Below, piece by piece: positions 26,696 through 40,146 of a stretch of DNA of 64,000 nt. Source of the stretch: Haliotis cracherodii (taxonomy: Eukaryota); the NCBI RefSeq assembly GCF_022045235.1, contig NW_027266308.1, positions 68,944,001 through 69,008,000 on the forward strand, written 5' to 3'. The notes under the pieces are model-generated. The model did not search any database and had not been told where the DNA came from. It was given only the letters and a program-made list of their open reading frames with translations. Every line of letters starts with the position of its first letter. Positions within the stretch are counted from its first letter, which is position 1. Made by a program: the position numbers and the translations under genes.

Positions 26696-26953
26696 CTCAA
26701 TAGGTACACGCAATTTCTTTTTCAATGTAAACGTTTGCAAACACGCGGCAGTTCACAGTGTAAAAACAACGAAAGAACGAGGCGAGCAACTTAGGTTTAC
26801 ATGTCGTCATGTGCAAATAGTCCAAGTTCAAAACTTAATTCATTATCAAGGGTTTCGTTTCGAGGACGTTGCAACGCGTGTGATCGAGGTGAAGCCTGGA
26901 AGTAGGTGTTTCGGAGAGCATCCCCTTGTCTTCACCTTTGTGTAATAACAACT

Positions 26954-27075
26954 TGAGTGAGTGAGTTGGGTTTTACGATGCTTCTAACAATATTCCAACA
27001 TTATCACGGCGGGGGACGCCAAACATGGGCTTCACATAGTGTAGCCTTGCAGGGAATCGTACCCGGGCCGCCCCA
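26954..27075 (-). mobile_element. SINE family A, degenerate
   Basis: (GAGT)n tail and body similarity. Confidence 0.65.
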
Positions 27076-27679
27076 GTGACAACTAGAGAGGAAGAAAGCC
27101 TGTTGACTGATCGCATCTCGAGTCTACGCTATAGTTACTTCCTGAGAAGACACCGTCGCCACGTTTTGTCATTGTGCATTATACGTTGTCAACCGATCTC
27201 AACGGATATTGGGTGTGATGTACATAGGTTCACACACAGGGTACATCACACCATTAGCCCCGAGGGATCGGCGGACAACGAATTTATCTCACTGGCATTC
27301 ATTCATACAGACCCGGAATATATGTCCGACGTTTCTCTTAGTAAAACGCTTTCATTCAGCCATTTGGACAGCTAGCAGACGACGCAAACGAACCAAGTTA
27401 CTTCCCTTTACCCAATGCACGGACAAATATCGGCTCTTTTCAGCTCAACGATACTTATGCGAGAATAGCAAGTTACCCAGGGTGTGTTACGATTGATTTC
27501 TCAGCGGGGTAAATGAGTGGGCTACATGGAAATTATCTGCTTTTATCTGTCACTCAACTACGTCATGGTGGTGTATGTGAATCGGATTGGCATCTACTTT
27601 CAATACATATTATACATCTTATCCATATTTGACTTAATACCTTATGATCGGCACTTTATTTAAGCGAGTTTAATTTTTA

Positions 27680-27975
27680 TCTAAACACCTTTAGGGTCTA
27701 AACACGTGAATGGGCTTTAATCTGAGTCTAAATGCAACATATACACACCCCATAATCTAAAAATGTTTAGAATATAAACACGTTTAAACTTTAAACATTC
27801 TTCAACTCTAAACATGTTTAGATGATGGGGATGTTGTATATATGTGGCGTTTAAGGCTGTGATACGAACGCTCATTCATGCGTTTAGACCCTTAACAGGT
27901 TTACATGTACACACTAAATGTGTATTCCGTATATGATTTTAACACATTCCTAAACATGTTTAGATCTAAACATGT
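27680..27975. mobile_element. AT-rich palindromic element (MITE-like)
   Basis: agggtctaaacacgtgaatgggc is inverted to gctcattcatgcgtttagaccct; repeated tctaaacatgtttaga palindromes. Confidence 0.55.
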
Positions 27976-28279
27976 CTTGTATGTGTGACCATTCTAAACA
28001 CATGTGTCACTCTGTATCTAGCAGTTATATGTAACTTGTGATTCTATTAATACGAAGCTGAGTTTCCCCTATATTTACCGTCCAATAGAGCGGCGTCGGT
28101 CTTGTGAAGCGCGATGCAAATGTTTGGTTGTGGACTCTCTCTCTCGCGTACAAACTGACCCCGTTTAGCAAGCGTTTGTCAGTCATCAACACCCTGTTGT
28201 TTAATGTTCAGAATTTCAGTACAAGTCCACATTATTGAAAAATAACAAGAATGCAATTGAACGGACAAACGATTACGCG

Positions 28280-28476
28280 TTATACAAAAAGACGTTACAG
28301 ATGGTACTTGTTGCTACCCTGCCTGGCGCTCGTTGCTACCCTGCCTGGCGCTCGGCATCAAGGTGATAAAACTAGGGCGAGGAGTCAATGTACTGTGTCT
28401 GAGTGGGGTGTTCATGTTAAACTGCTGTGTGGTACCCCAGAAGGCTAGCACTATGAAACCAGCCTTAGTCCAGAAT

Positions 28477-28539
<63 letters not shown>

Positions 28540-28650
28540 TAGCCATCCTTATAGTTGGTAGTGTGCGCTGTCCCCGCCCGACCACGCACGCTGACATCGT
28601 GTATACCTGCACTCATCTTGAAGGCGACGTTTAGCTCCCCTTTCACCTCA
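28280..28650 (+). mobile_element. SINE family C, 5'-truncated, with expanded (CA)n (about 28480-28538)
   Basis: gatggtacttgttgctaccctgcctggcgctc...ctgtgtctgagtgggg body; tttcacctca tail. Confidence 0.75.
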
Positions 28651-29339
28651 CATCATTAACGTATACGAGATCACCGAGTTTCTAGACCTTATGTCGTTAC
28701 CCAATTGTCCCGGGATAGAACTCTCTACGTACAGAAAAAAACAGTTATCTTAAAAACACCACCAACATAAAATATTTAAATATAGACAATGTAAGCTGAT
28801 TTTCCTCATCCTGAACGCCGTTTGTAATACACTCGCTCTTAAATCGGAGATTTCGAATTGATCTTCCAGCACCGATTGTACCCAGTGATACACATATGAT
28901 GACATTATATTTTTAAGGTACAATGTCTTGATACATGTCCAGTCATAAACTGGGTGGAGTGGAATAAGGTCACATAGTGTCAGCTGATGATGCCGGGGAA
29001 AGTACCCATGTTACGCATCACATAGATTCTGGCGAGTAAGGGACACAACTCTGTACAGACAGTTTTGAAGCATCTGCACCCGAGTTGGTTTCCTGGCCGG
29101 GGAGACACACTCAACACAGCTGTCTCTGCCAACTTGACACCACTAATACAATCAGGTATACGGGCGACTCTGAGGGACAAATGAATTAACCTGCTGTTGC
29201 CTACATTACCTTATGTTAAACGAGTAGTCAGCCATCTATACGCCACATGCCTCACTAACAGGGCACAAAACCAGCTTATGTTTCATGTAGCAGGTCCTAG
29301 ACATATCGGACGGTGGGAAGGTTGACATAAATATATATA

Positions 29340-30080
29340 AGTCTATTGGTGGGTAAATAGGCCCTAAATATATATCGATCTGTAGGTGGGTAAACACGCC
29401 CTAAATATATATCGATCTGTAGGTGGGTAAACAAGCCGTAAATACATATCGATCTGTAGATGGGTAAACACGCCCTAAATACATATCGATCTGTAGGTGG
29501 GTAAACACGCCCTAAATATGTATCGATCTGTAGGTGGGTAAACACGCCCTAAATATATATCGATCTGTAGGTGGGTAAACACGCCCTGAATATCTTTCGA
29601 TCTGTAGGTGGGTAAACACGCCCTAAATACATATCGATCTGTAGGTGGGTAAACACGCCCTAAATATATATCGATCTGTAGGTGGGTAAACACGCCCTAA
29701 ATACATATCGATCTGTAGGTGGGTAAACACGCCCTAAATAGGTATCGATCTGTAGGTGGGTAAACACGCTCTGAATATATATGGATCTGCAGGTGGGTAA
29801 ACACGCCCTAAATATATATCGATCTGTAGGTGGGTAAACACGCCCTAAATACATATCGATCTGTAGGTGGGTAAACACGCCCTAAATAGGTATCGATCTG
29901 TAGGTGGGTAAACACGCCCTGAATATATATGGATCTGTAGGTGGGTAAACACGCCCTAAATATATATCGATCTGTAGGTGGGTAAACACGCCCTAAATAT
30001 ATATCGATCTGTAGGTGGGTAAACACGCCCTAAATTCATATCGATCTGTAGGTGGGTAAACACGCCCTAAATATATATCT
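29340..30080. repeat. Minisatellite, 37-bp unit
   Basis: gatctgtaggtgggtaaacacgccctaaatatatatc. Confidence 0.95.
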
Positions 30081-30158
30081 ATTTGTAGAAAGGTTATCTC
30101 GCCCAAAATATATATATATATATCGGTCTGTAGGTAGAATTACAGGCCCTAAATATAT

Positions 30159-30159
<1 letters not shown>

Positions 30160-30217
<58 letters not shown>
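30160..30217. repeat. (CT)n microsatellite
   Basis: Direct read. Confidence 0.9.
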
Positions 30218-30219
<2 letters not shown>

Positions 30220-30689
30220 AATAACAGATAACAGACTTAATGATTCATATTTATGATAAAGCGAAGGGTTTCACATACAACACTATACATTTTTCCGATA
30301 ACGTGAAATAAAACATTGGATTTATCTAATATCATATATACTTCACATGGAAGGATAAACCCTCGTCACAAACGGTGTTTTCATCGCAATGTAATATATG
30401 TCTCGAACATGTACAGGACAATTCAAACATATTCATAACTATACGTGAGCAGCCTTTCCGGCCCTCTAGGGGGACTTCCTGTCTCCGCAGTGATGTCAGC
30501 GGGCACAGAGCATCAGGAAACGTCCAATTCAAGCGACAGTAAATTCTAGCATTGTGTCACACCGCGCCCAGTGTCTGACAGACAGAGTTGTCCATATGAG
30601 ATCCGTGTTTGTGGCACATATTGGTGTCAGTTCTGCGCGTGTTCGTCCCGATAATATTGGTCCGTGTTGGTAGAGTAGCCCGGATGTCC

Positions 30690-31945
30690 TGGGAGGTCGG
30701 GCTGGTTCCTGGTGTATCAGGTCGGATCTGGGAGGTCGGGGTGGTCTTTGATGCATCTGGTCGGATCTGGGAGGGTCGGGCTGGTCTTTGATGCATCAGG
30801 TCGAATATGGGAGGTGGGGCTGGTCTCTGGTGCATCTGGTCGGATCTGGGAGGTTGGGCTGGTCTCTGATGCATCTGTTTGGATCTGGGAGGGTCGGGCT
30901 GGTCTCTGATGCATCTGTTCGGATCTGGGAGGTCGGTCTGGTCTCTGATGCATAAGGTCGCCATCTGGGAGGTCGGGCTGGTCTCTGATGCATCTGGTCG
31001 GATATGGGAGATTAGGCTGGTCTCTGATGCATCTGGTCGGATCTGGGAGGTTGGGCTGGTCTCTGATGCATCTGGTCGGATCTGGGAGGTTGGGCTGGTC
31101 TCTGATGCATCTGGTCGGATCTGGGAGTTCGGGCTGGTCTCTGATGCATCAGGTCGGATATGGGAAGTGGGGCTGGTCTCTGATGCATCAGGTCGGATCT
31201 GGGAGGGTCGGGCTGGTCTCTGACGCATCAGGTCGGATCTGGGAGGGTCGGGCTGGTCTTTGATGCATCAGGTCGAATATGGGAGGTGGGGCTGGTCTCT
31301 GGTGTATCAGGTCGGATCTCGGAGGTTGGGCTGGTCTTTGATGCATCTGGTCGGATCTGGGAGGGTCGGGCTGGTCTTTGATGCATCAGGTCGAATATGG
31401 GAGGTCGGACTGGTCTCTGGTGCATCTGGTCGGATCTGGGAGGGTCGGGCTGGTCTTTGATGCATCAGGTCGAATATGGGAGGTCGCACTGGTCTCTGGT
31501 GCATCTGGTCGGATCTGGGGGGTCGGGCTGGTCTCTGATGCATCATGTCGGATATGGGAGGTGGGGCTGGTCTCTGATGCATCTGTTCGGATCTGGGAGG
31601 GTCGGGCTGGTCTTTGATGCATCAGGTCGAATCTGGGAGGTGGGGCTGGTTCCTGGTGTATCAGGTCGGATATGGGAGGTCGGGCTGGTCTCTGATGTAT
31701 CAGGTCGAATCTGGGAGGTGGGGCTGGTCTCTGATGCATCGGGTCGAATCTGGGAGGTGGGGCTGGTTCCTGGTGTATCAGGTCGGATATGGGAGGTCTG
31801 GCTGGTCTCTGATGAATCAGGTCGGATATGGGAGGTCGGGCTGGTTCCTGGTGTATCAGGTCGGATATGGGAGGTGGGGCTGGTCTCTGATGTATCAGGT
31901 CGAATCTGGGAGGTGGGGTTGGTCTCTGATGCATCAGTTCGGATC
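30690..31945. repeat. Minisatellite, 39/40-bp unit
   Basis: gggaggtcgggctggtctctgatgcatc(t/a)ggtcggatct; mixed unit lengths shift frame. Confidence 0.95.
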
Positions 31946-32391
31946 CGACCAGGTCAGTATGATCAACGCGGCCTCTGGACCAGGTTCGTGGTCATCTTGG
32001 ACTCCATGGAGCTCGTACAATAGAAGCAAGGATATAGCTTAAACGTAACCGTCTAGTCCACATCGTGATATCCCATGTGTGCCTATATCCACATGATCCG
32101 CCGTCTACCCTTGAATTATTCTGATTGCTGGGCCAAATACAACATTGTAGGGTAAGAGATCCTGGTGGTGGTCTAGCTGCCGCTAGTAGCATACACCATG
32201 AACAAGCTGGTAGTTGTATCACTATATTCCAACACAGTTGTACACATAGGTCACCAGACCAGCAGGAACACCTAATTTCGAGGCAAGATTCTGAATAACA
32301 CAATCAATTTGATGATGCTCTCAGGTAAGTACTATTCTATATTCTACCCGAAAGCACCCTCGACTATCGAGTGTATAAAATCGTCATTCTA

Positions 32392-32769
32392 TACTCACCG
32401 CCAAAAGTAACGCGAATACCATACATGTCGGTTAAAATATGAAGAACGAATCATAATTCAAGAGATATTAGATTGGTTCAATGCACCATCGAACATACTA
32501 GTACTGGTATGTTGTGTGAACCGACACTCATGTACGCATCACATGTGACGTCATAGATCCATGACTTGAGATGCACCATTTGTCTCGTGCAGGATTAGTG
32601 TGTAAAGTTTGTAATTTACGTGCAGCATATCGTGATAAGAATAAAGACCCTCTGTGGTAACACTTGACTGACTGTTAGTTTTGTCATTAAGTGGAACACA
32701 TTGGAAACATCTCAACGAACAAACTTCTCTATATGTTTCTATTGTTCGCGTTTCTTTTGGCGGTGAGTA
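32392..32769. mobile_element. Tc1/mariner-type MITE
   Basis: 25-bp TIRs tactcaccgccaaaag(t/a)aacgcgaa, TA on both flanks. Confidence 0.8.
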
Positions 32770-33125
32770 TATCATTTATCACAAAAGAATAAAGAAATAT
32801 AATTCCCTAGATAACTGAGGATGACCCAGAGTGGCAAACACGTGGATGATAGAACGGTTTGCAATACACAACTGTGACGAGTACTAACGACACCTACAAT
32901 CTCACCAGTGTCATGTGAAGTAGATGTTCTGGCAGGATGAGATATCAAGTCCACCATTGAACAACTCCTGTTCGCATTGTTTCGAAATAATTATACAGTG
33001 TTACATGTACTCCTTGTATCAATTGGATCTATACAGACATCACGGTACGGTATTGGTAACGCACCACACAGTATCACGATACACCGACAATCGGTGAATC
33101 GTCACAGCCCTAGGCGTCATAGACG

Positions 33126-33315
33126 TAGACTTGCACAGGTCTCTAAGGTAATAATTATAAGCTTAAATCATAATTTCTAGATTATGTAAATAATAACAAG
33201 TTGTCCCTATAAGAGACTGGTTGTACTGTCCACATATCTAGACTTGCCTATTAGGAGGATAGAACTCCCACACATCCATGGACTTTTCGTTCAATACAGC
33301 CTTGGAGCAAGGCTA
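33126..33315. mobile_element. TAG...CTA hairpin-ended element, copy 3 (about 110 bp past the gene B stop)
   Basis: High similarity to 12756-13010 without the SINE insert. Confidence 0.7.
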
Positions 33316-33424
33316 TCATTGGGTCGAAACCTCGCTCGCAAGGAGCCAGACATAACAATTCAGACCAGTATAAACTCAGCACCTTGACACAGCCGTCGAC
33401 TTGACAGATGAGTTACAACGTCGA

Positions 33425-33814
33425 CTATGATACCACACAACTCTTTTTCTTGGTATCCACGGGAACGTACTTGTCCATATAGGCGAGAGCCGCACTTTCA
33501 AACACTCTCCGTAGTCCCACACAGCTCTTGGCCGAGCACTCCACGTAGCCGAACGCGCCCAGCTCCTCCGCCTTCCGCATCCCTTCCTCCACGGGGATGG
33601 ACCGACTCTTGGGGTCAGCGTCCTTGGTGATGGTGTTCCTGGCGTCCGTCTTTGTGCCCACGAGGAGGAAGGGGGCAGTGGGGGAATATTCCCGGATCTC
33701 GGGCACCCAGTGGTGCTCCACGCGATCCAGGGAGGACGGGTTGGTGACGTCATAGCACACCAAGTATACGTCAGTGTTGTGGCATACCTTCTCCCGCAGC
33801 TTCTGGTACTCGTC
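33425..33814 (-). CDS. Atypical Rho GTPase gene B, exon 3 (DEYQKLREKVCHNTDVY...VGTKTD...ECSAK...KKKSCVVS*)
   Basis: ttgcag acceptor, phase 0; G4 TKTD, G5 CSAK, polybasic stretch and CAAX box. Confidence 0.95.
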   Translation of the reverse strand, partial: DEYQKLREKVCHNTDVYLVCYDVTNPSSLDRVEHHWVPEIREYSPTAPFLLVGTKTDARNTITKDADPKSRSIPVEEGMRKAEELGAFGYVECSAKSCVGLRRVFESAALAYMDKYVPVDTKKKSCVVS

Positions 33815-34061
33815 CTGCAAACGTGGACCATAGCAGTTATTATAAATATTTATCACACGCATATGGTATAACTTTCAGAATACATTCAAAGTCTTACCTA
33901 TGAGTGAGTGAGGGAGTCAGTTGGGTAGACAATATTTCAGTTATATCACGGCGTGTCAGCCTAATGCGGAAGGGAAGTCTAGAGAACCGCAGACGTTTAC
34001 CATTTTAGTTTGTGAAAGCCACAAGGACCGATCTAGTGCTGCCAACACATGGGTGCGGAAG

Positions 34062-34822
34062 TCCTGTCACGAACCCGCTCCTGTGGAATCTGTGACGAAC
34101 CCGCCCATGGAGGAATCTGTGACCAACCCGCTCCTGAGGAATCTGTGACCAACCCGCTTCTGAGGAATCTGTCACGAACCCGCCCATGGAGGAATCTGTG
34201 ACCAACCCGCCCATGGAAGAATCTGTGACCAACCCGCTCCTGAGGAATCTGTGACCAACCCCGCTCCTGAGGAATCTGTGACCAACCCGCTTCTGAGGAA
34301 TCTGTCACGAACCCGCCCATGGAGGAATCTGTGACCAACCCGCCCCTGGGGAATCTGTGACCAACCCGCCCCTGAGGAATCTGTGACCAACCCGCCCCTG
34401 AGGAATCTGTGACCAACCCGCTTCTGAGGAACCTGTCACGAACCCGCCCATGGAGGAATCTGTGACCAACCCGCCCCTGGGGAATCTGTGACCAACCCGC
34501 TTCTAAGGAATCTGACACGAACCTCTCCTGAGTAATCTGTGACGAACCTACCCATGAGGAATCTGTGGTGAACCCGCTCCTGAGGAATCTGACGAACCCA
34601 CCCACGAGGAACCTGTGGCGAACCCACTTCTGAGAAATCTGTGACGAACCCACCCATGAGGAATCCCTGGCAAACCCACCCATGAGGAATCCCTGGCGAA
34701 CCCGCTCCTGAAGAATCTGTGGCGAACACACCCCTGGGGAATCTGTGACGAACCCACCCATGAGAAATCCGTGACGAACCCGCCCCTGAGGAATATGTGG
34801 TGAACCCGCCTGTGAGGAATCT
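34062..34822. repeat. Minisatellite, 26-27-bp unit (gene B intron 2)
   Basis: gaggaatctgtgaccaacccgc(t/c)cct. Confidence 0.93.
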
Positions 34823-35939
34823 CATAGCTTTATCCTAAGGCCACCCTCATCATATAGCTTCATCCTCAGTCCACCCCACGACAACTCCATGAGACTGTTT
34901 CTTATATCCTGGCATATAGCACGTTAATACAATAAATATAAAAAATAAACTCCAACTGCTTCAACACTTACACCTTGACGATCAAGCGTCAGTTATGTTC
35001 CTACAGCGTCTTTCATAAACGAAGTTTCAGTGAATATGTAAGTCTATGTGTGGAGCCTCTATTCCATGTGTTACGCAGAGATACGTGTTGACGTGAACTC
35101 CCTGTTCACCGCGGAACGACCATCTAGAAATATGCTGCTGTTCAACTCGGGCGTCAGCTTATTTTCTTAAAAGGGACAACTGTTATTTCAAGCGTCCTAT
35201 ATCCTAGCGAGACAACTCTCCTTCATGTCTGCCATGGAGGGGTTGTATAGGTTGCCGAGTGGTCGATACGTTGACATGACCTGCCTGCCACTCACTCACT
35301 CTGCCGAGGGGCAAGCTCCGCCTGATGCACCCTCTCACCAACAACTCTGTCACTCAACCAAAGTGCACGTGATTGACAGGCCGTGTTGCCCAGGTGTCGT
35401 GCAGCCATCTAGGCCGTGTATAAGTGACGATGGCATGTAAATGAGGGACTACGGCCTGTCATCAATCTCCACAACATCATCACTGTGCAATAGCATGACA
35501 CATTACCAGCATACCGCCGCGTTCTCACCCACAGTCACCAATACCTGATTGACACGGGTTTGTAATACCCGTCAGCCGCTAACGAGCTGTTGTAAACTTG
35601 ACTGCTAACTCGTAAATGGTACTGTAGAATGCCTTTGAAATTCCGTACACACAAACACATATATTTGGACCATATATAGCACATGTGTTTATGTTGCCTC
35701 TGTTGTGTATTGATATCACAGGGTTTGGGACTTGATTTGGTTATGAATTATTTAGATTCCGGTGGGCGGTGCCTGTGTTTGACAACTGTGTTTACTTGGT
35801 GCAGTATGTTGATACGTTATGACGTACAGCAGGTATCATAAACCTTGAATCGACTGGCTAAATAAACTCTGTGCACGGGACATTCCGGAACGGTGTAAGT
35901 AGACAGGAATTTGTTGTGGTAGTCAGTTTAAACATGCAA

Positions 35940-37055
35940 TAATTTCAAGCAGTCTGTACATGCCTTTGATCTAGGTCGTCGAATGAAAGGGGAGATCACT
36001 GAGACAGATGCACATGTCCGCGCTGCGAGGCGGGCTGATGAATGCGCTCATGACGAAATCGCAGCTGTTAAGGTAATTGATTCTGGCATCAATGGTTCAC
36101 GAAGTGTTTATGAAATACTAAAGCTGGGTATATTTTTTAAGTACACTACGTGTGATATTGTCCGGATTCAAGCGCATGTTGGGCTGTATGGAAATGAGAT
36201 GGCAAACCCAAAATCCAAATCTGGCTTGCAAAATCCTTACGTCATAATATCTGATTTCAGACCCGTACCAAACGATTTCGACTTCATTTTAATGTGAGAA
36301 TGGTTTTTACGCCGCTTTAGCAATATTCAAGCAATATCACGTTGGGGAACACCAGAAATGGGCTTCAAACATTGTACCCATGTGGGGAATCGGACCCGGG
36401 TCTTCGGCGTGACGAGCGAACGCTTTAACCACTAGGCTACCCGACCGTCCTCCATCTTAGTAAGGTCCTTCACCACGCGCTGGCAATAGCTGAGGGATGC
36501 TTGGACAACTGGCCGACATATGAATAGGATGTGTTCTTCTGCGTAAACTATTAGAACAATTCGTAGATGATAGTAACGCGAGGAAGTCATTATTCCTGGA
36601 CGTCGTCTTGGACACTGTGGGTTAAATACTTACGCAGTGTCATTGATAAAGAGGTCTCCCGTGAATGCACAGCACATTGATGAAAATACTCCCGAAACAG
36701 TGAAACATTATTTAATTGAATGCCCAGGCCACAATCATATCAGACTAAAAAGTGCAGTACTTGAGAAAGAAAGTTCGTTTAGAGCCCCAACATATTTTAT
36801 GGTTCAATTCAGCGGGCAAAATTAGACTTCGTTACTGCATCGGAAAAATTGTATATATTATAAAAATCTAATTCATACATTGTGTATTGACGTTTTAAAA
36901 CATAAAGTAGATCATGAAGCAGATTGGTTAATAATCTCGTTTCCATTAGAAACTTTGCTCTTGTTGAAAGACAGTTGATGAGCTGGGCGCAAATATACCT
37001 GAAGTGGTCCAAGTTAAGATACCATACCATACCATACCATACCATACCAAACCAT
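35940..37055 (+). mobile_element. Decayed 3' part of an RNase H-bearing LINE (I-group-like)
   Basis: Translations IQAHVGLYGNEMA (RNase H WIPxHVGIxGNExAD-like) and ETVKHYLIECP (C-terminal zinc-knuckle-like); ends in (CCATA)n at about 37020-37055; many stops/frameshifts. Confidence 0.7.
36295..36451 (-). mobile_element. SINE family A nested in the LINE remnant
   Basis: Full-length similarity to family A. Confidence 0.85.
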
Positions 37056-37093
37056 ATTCAGACCCGAATCAACCGATTTCGACTTCATTTTAA

Positions 37094-37235
37094 TGAGTGA
37101 GTATGGTTTTGCGGCGCTGTTAGCAATATTCCAGCAATATCACGGCGGGGGACACCAGAAATGGGCTTCACACAATGTACCCATGTGTGGAATCGAACCC
37201 GGGTCTTCGGCGTGACGAGCGAACGCTTTAACCAC
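37094..37235 (-). mobile_element. SINE family A, slightly 5'-truncated
   Basis: Similarity to family A. Confidence 0.85.
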
Positions 37236-39249
37236 TTGTCGTGACCTAGCCCCGACAGTAATATGAAAGAATCGGGTTCCCTTAACTTCTTTTGAGTAGT
37301 ATATACCGTACCCATCCAGGTGTTAATCAGGACTATATCACTGATGTGTCCGAAGTTTCACTGTATCAATGGCTACTTGACGAGTAGCTAGACTTATACC
37401 TCGACATGCTGAGTGGGTGGCCAAGTGGGCCGAGTGTTCGCTTATCCTGCGTACCTCTGAGTTTGTATACCTCACGTGGGAAAATTTATATGGATTTGTT
37501 TCTGTCCTGGGAGAAGCCGTGGGACTGTTAAGGAGGTGACACTAATTTACTTATTCACTCAATTATGAAATTTGAGCAGCTATCGAGTTTCACATGGTAT
37601 TCACATTCCGTTCAATGTTGGACCACGCTCTCTGCGCTGTTGGCGTCAAACAACCAACATGTTTGATTGGCGTGAGTCACAACTCGCATAGATGTTTATA
37701 ATACAACAACACTGTTTGAACCAAATAAAAAATAACAAATGTATCATTGAAACGTGAATGATCCCAACAGTCAGCGGTTATCGCTCCTCTCGTCGTGTTT
37801 CCAATTATATGTATATTCGTGAACTTCCAAACAGGTCGATGCTGAAGTTCGTGTCTGATGGGAGGGTGGAGGACGCGTGTGTGTGTGTGTATCTGTGTGT
37901 GTGCGTTCGTATGTGTGTGTGTGTGTGTGTGTGTGTCGTATGTTCATAATTTAACCAGTGAAATACGTTACATTTGTATATAACCGAGGAAAACCTAGAC
38001 TAACATATAGTCTCTGAAATGAACATATCATACAGAAAAAAACAGTTGTTCAGTTATCTTAATAAAAATCTAATAAAAAGGGAGCCCAGTGATTCTCTTC
38101 ATTTTCCTGATACTGCAGTAATCTAGACTTGCCAAACATTATAGACTTGCATGGGCTGTAGTTGATATAAATGTATCAGGGTCTGTAAGACAGACTAGAG
38201 GAAAACCATGAAGACAAAGCGTTTGCCTTGCCCCAAGTCGCTACTGAATGATAAATCCGCGGATGATCATTTCCACATAGACTTGTGCAAGTCTAGTCAA
38301 CATGTTCTTGTATGTCAACAAGTCACGCTTCTCACGGGACAATGTTGCCGTTGTACAGTCCACAGTTTTAGATACCAGAATCAGTGAGTATGGTTTTACG
38401 CCGCTTTTAGCTAACGCGCGAGGAAGGTATAAGTGTATTGCTGCCACGACTGATATAATTCAATAGCATGAGAGTAACCAAAATGATATAGATCGTAATC
38501 AAATATAATGAAAATGAAATATCGACGTTAATCATTCGAGACAAGCGAACTACCGATGACCAACCATAACGTCCTTCATATCGTGGTCAAAGGGACATCG
38601 TCTCAAACGATATGTACACTATATGTATAACTCGACAAATAGCTATAAATAAACCTTTCCTTGAACTGAAAATGGTACATCCATTGTTGTCAGTATATTC
38701 AATAACAAGTTGTTTGCCATCGCTTCTCGAAATGACAGATAGCGTTATGAAATAAATGCGCCCGTTATTTAAAAAAAACCCTATCAATTACTGGTGTCTG
38801 CGTATCGTGATTCCTAAAACTTCCTAAGCGCAGACAAAAGGTGGGGTTAGATCTTCCCCCCAGTAGTCTCTCGCAAGAGGCGGTTTAGTGTGGGCGTTGC
38901 TGATGGTATCAATCACTGGTTTGTCTGTTTGAGACCTGAATGTTTACAGGCGGCCGTCATATTGCCAACATGAAACAACAACATGTTATTTAGGCCCAGT
39001 CACGCCTTTGACGTGGGGTTCGGGGCAGTGTGGACAGAGATGAGTGTTGTGACGTTGTCATAGTAACCATGAAGTGTTCATTCACATCATGAAGGTTTCG
39101 GTTGCTGTTGTCTCTACCGGAAGGAAATGTTACACTAGAAAACGGATTACTGATTAATATATTCAAAAAATCACTGCGTAAACAGTATGCGGAAGTTGTA
39201 TAATCACCACTATACTGTTATGCCTCATTCGTCACAGACCAGGGGTAAC

Positions 39250-40140
39250 AAGCTATACTATGGTATATACCATGGATACCCAGTTATATGGTATGGATAC
39301 CCTGTTATATATTATGGTCACCCTGTTATATACTATGTACACCCTGTTATATGCTATGGATACCCTGGTATATGCTATGGATAACCTGCCATTCACTGGG
39401 AAAGATTTCACTAATGATACCCTGCCATTTATGATGAATATCCTGCTATATGTTATGGGTACCCTGCTATATACTATGGATATCCTGATGTCTACTATGG
39501 ATACCCTGATATATACTACGGATACCCTGATATATATTATGGATACCCTGTTATATGCTATGGATACCCTGCTATATACTCTGGATTCCCTGATAAATAA
39601 TATGGATACCCTGCTATATACTATGGATACCATGATGTCTACTATGGATACCCTGATATATAATATGGATAGCCTGCCATTTACTGGGAAAGATTTCACT
39701 AATGAAACCCTGCCATATATGATGAATATCCTGCTATATATTATGGGTACCCTGCTATACACAACGGACACCCTGTTCTACACAACGGACAACCTGCTAT
39801 ACACAACGGACACCCTGCTATACACAACGGACACCCTGTTCTACACAACGGACACCCTGCTATACACAACGGACACCCTGCTATACACAACGGACACCCT
39901 GTTCTACACAACGGACAACCTGCTATACACAACGGACACCCTGTTCTACACAACGGACAACCTGCTATACACAACGGACAACTTGCTATACACAAAGGAC
40001 ACCCTGTTATACACAACGGACACCCTGTTATACACAACGGACACCCTGCTATACCAACGGACACCCTGTTATACACAACGGACACCCTGTTATACACAAC
40101 GGACACCCTCTTATGCACAACGGACACCCTGCTACACACA
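39250..40140. repeat. Minisatellite, 21-bp unit, two sequence zones
   Basis: atggataccctgctatatact (left) changing to acggacaccctgctatacaca (right of about 39750). Confidence 0.93.
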
Positions 40141-40146
40141 ACCTAC

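Noticed and set aside
29340-30080. CRISPR-like 37-bp periodicity
   Set aside because: No unique spacers, no cas genes, eukaryotic context.
30557-32042. Mucin-like IRPDASETSPTSQ ORFs
   Set aside because: 39- and 40-bp units alternate, causing repeated frameshifts.
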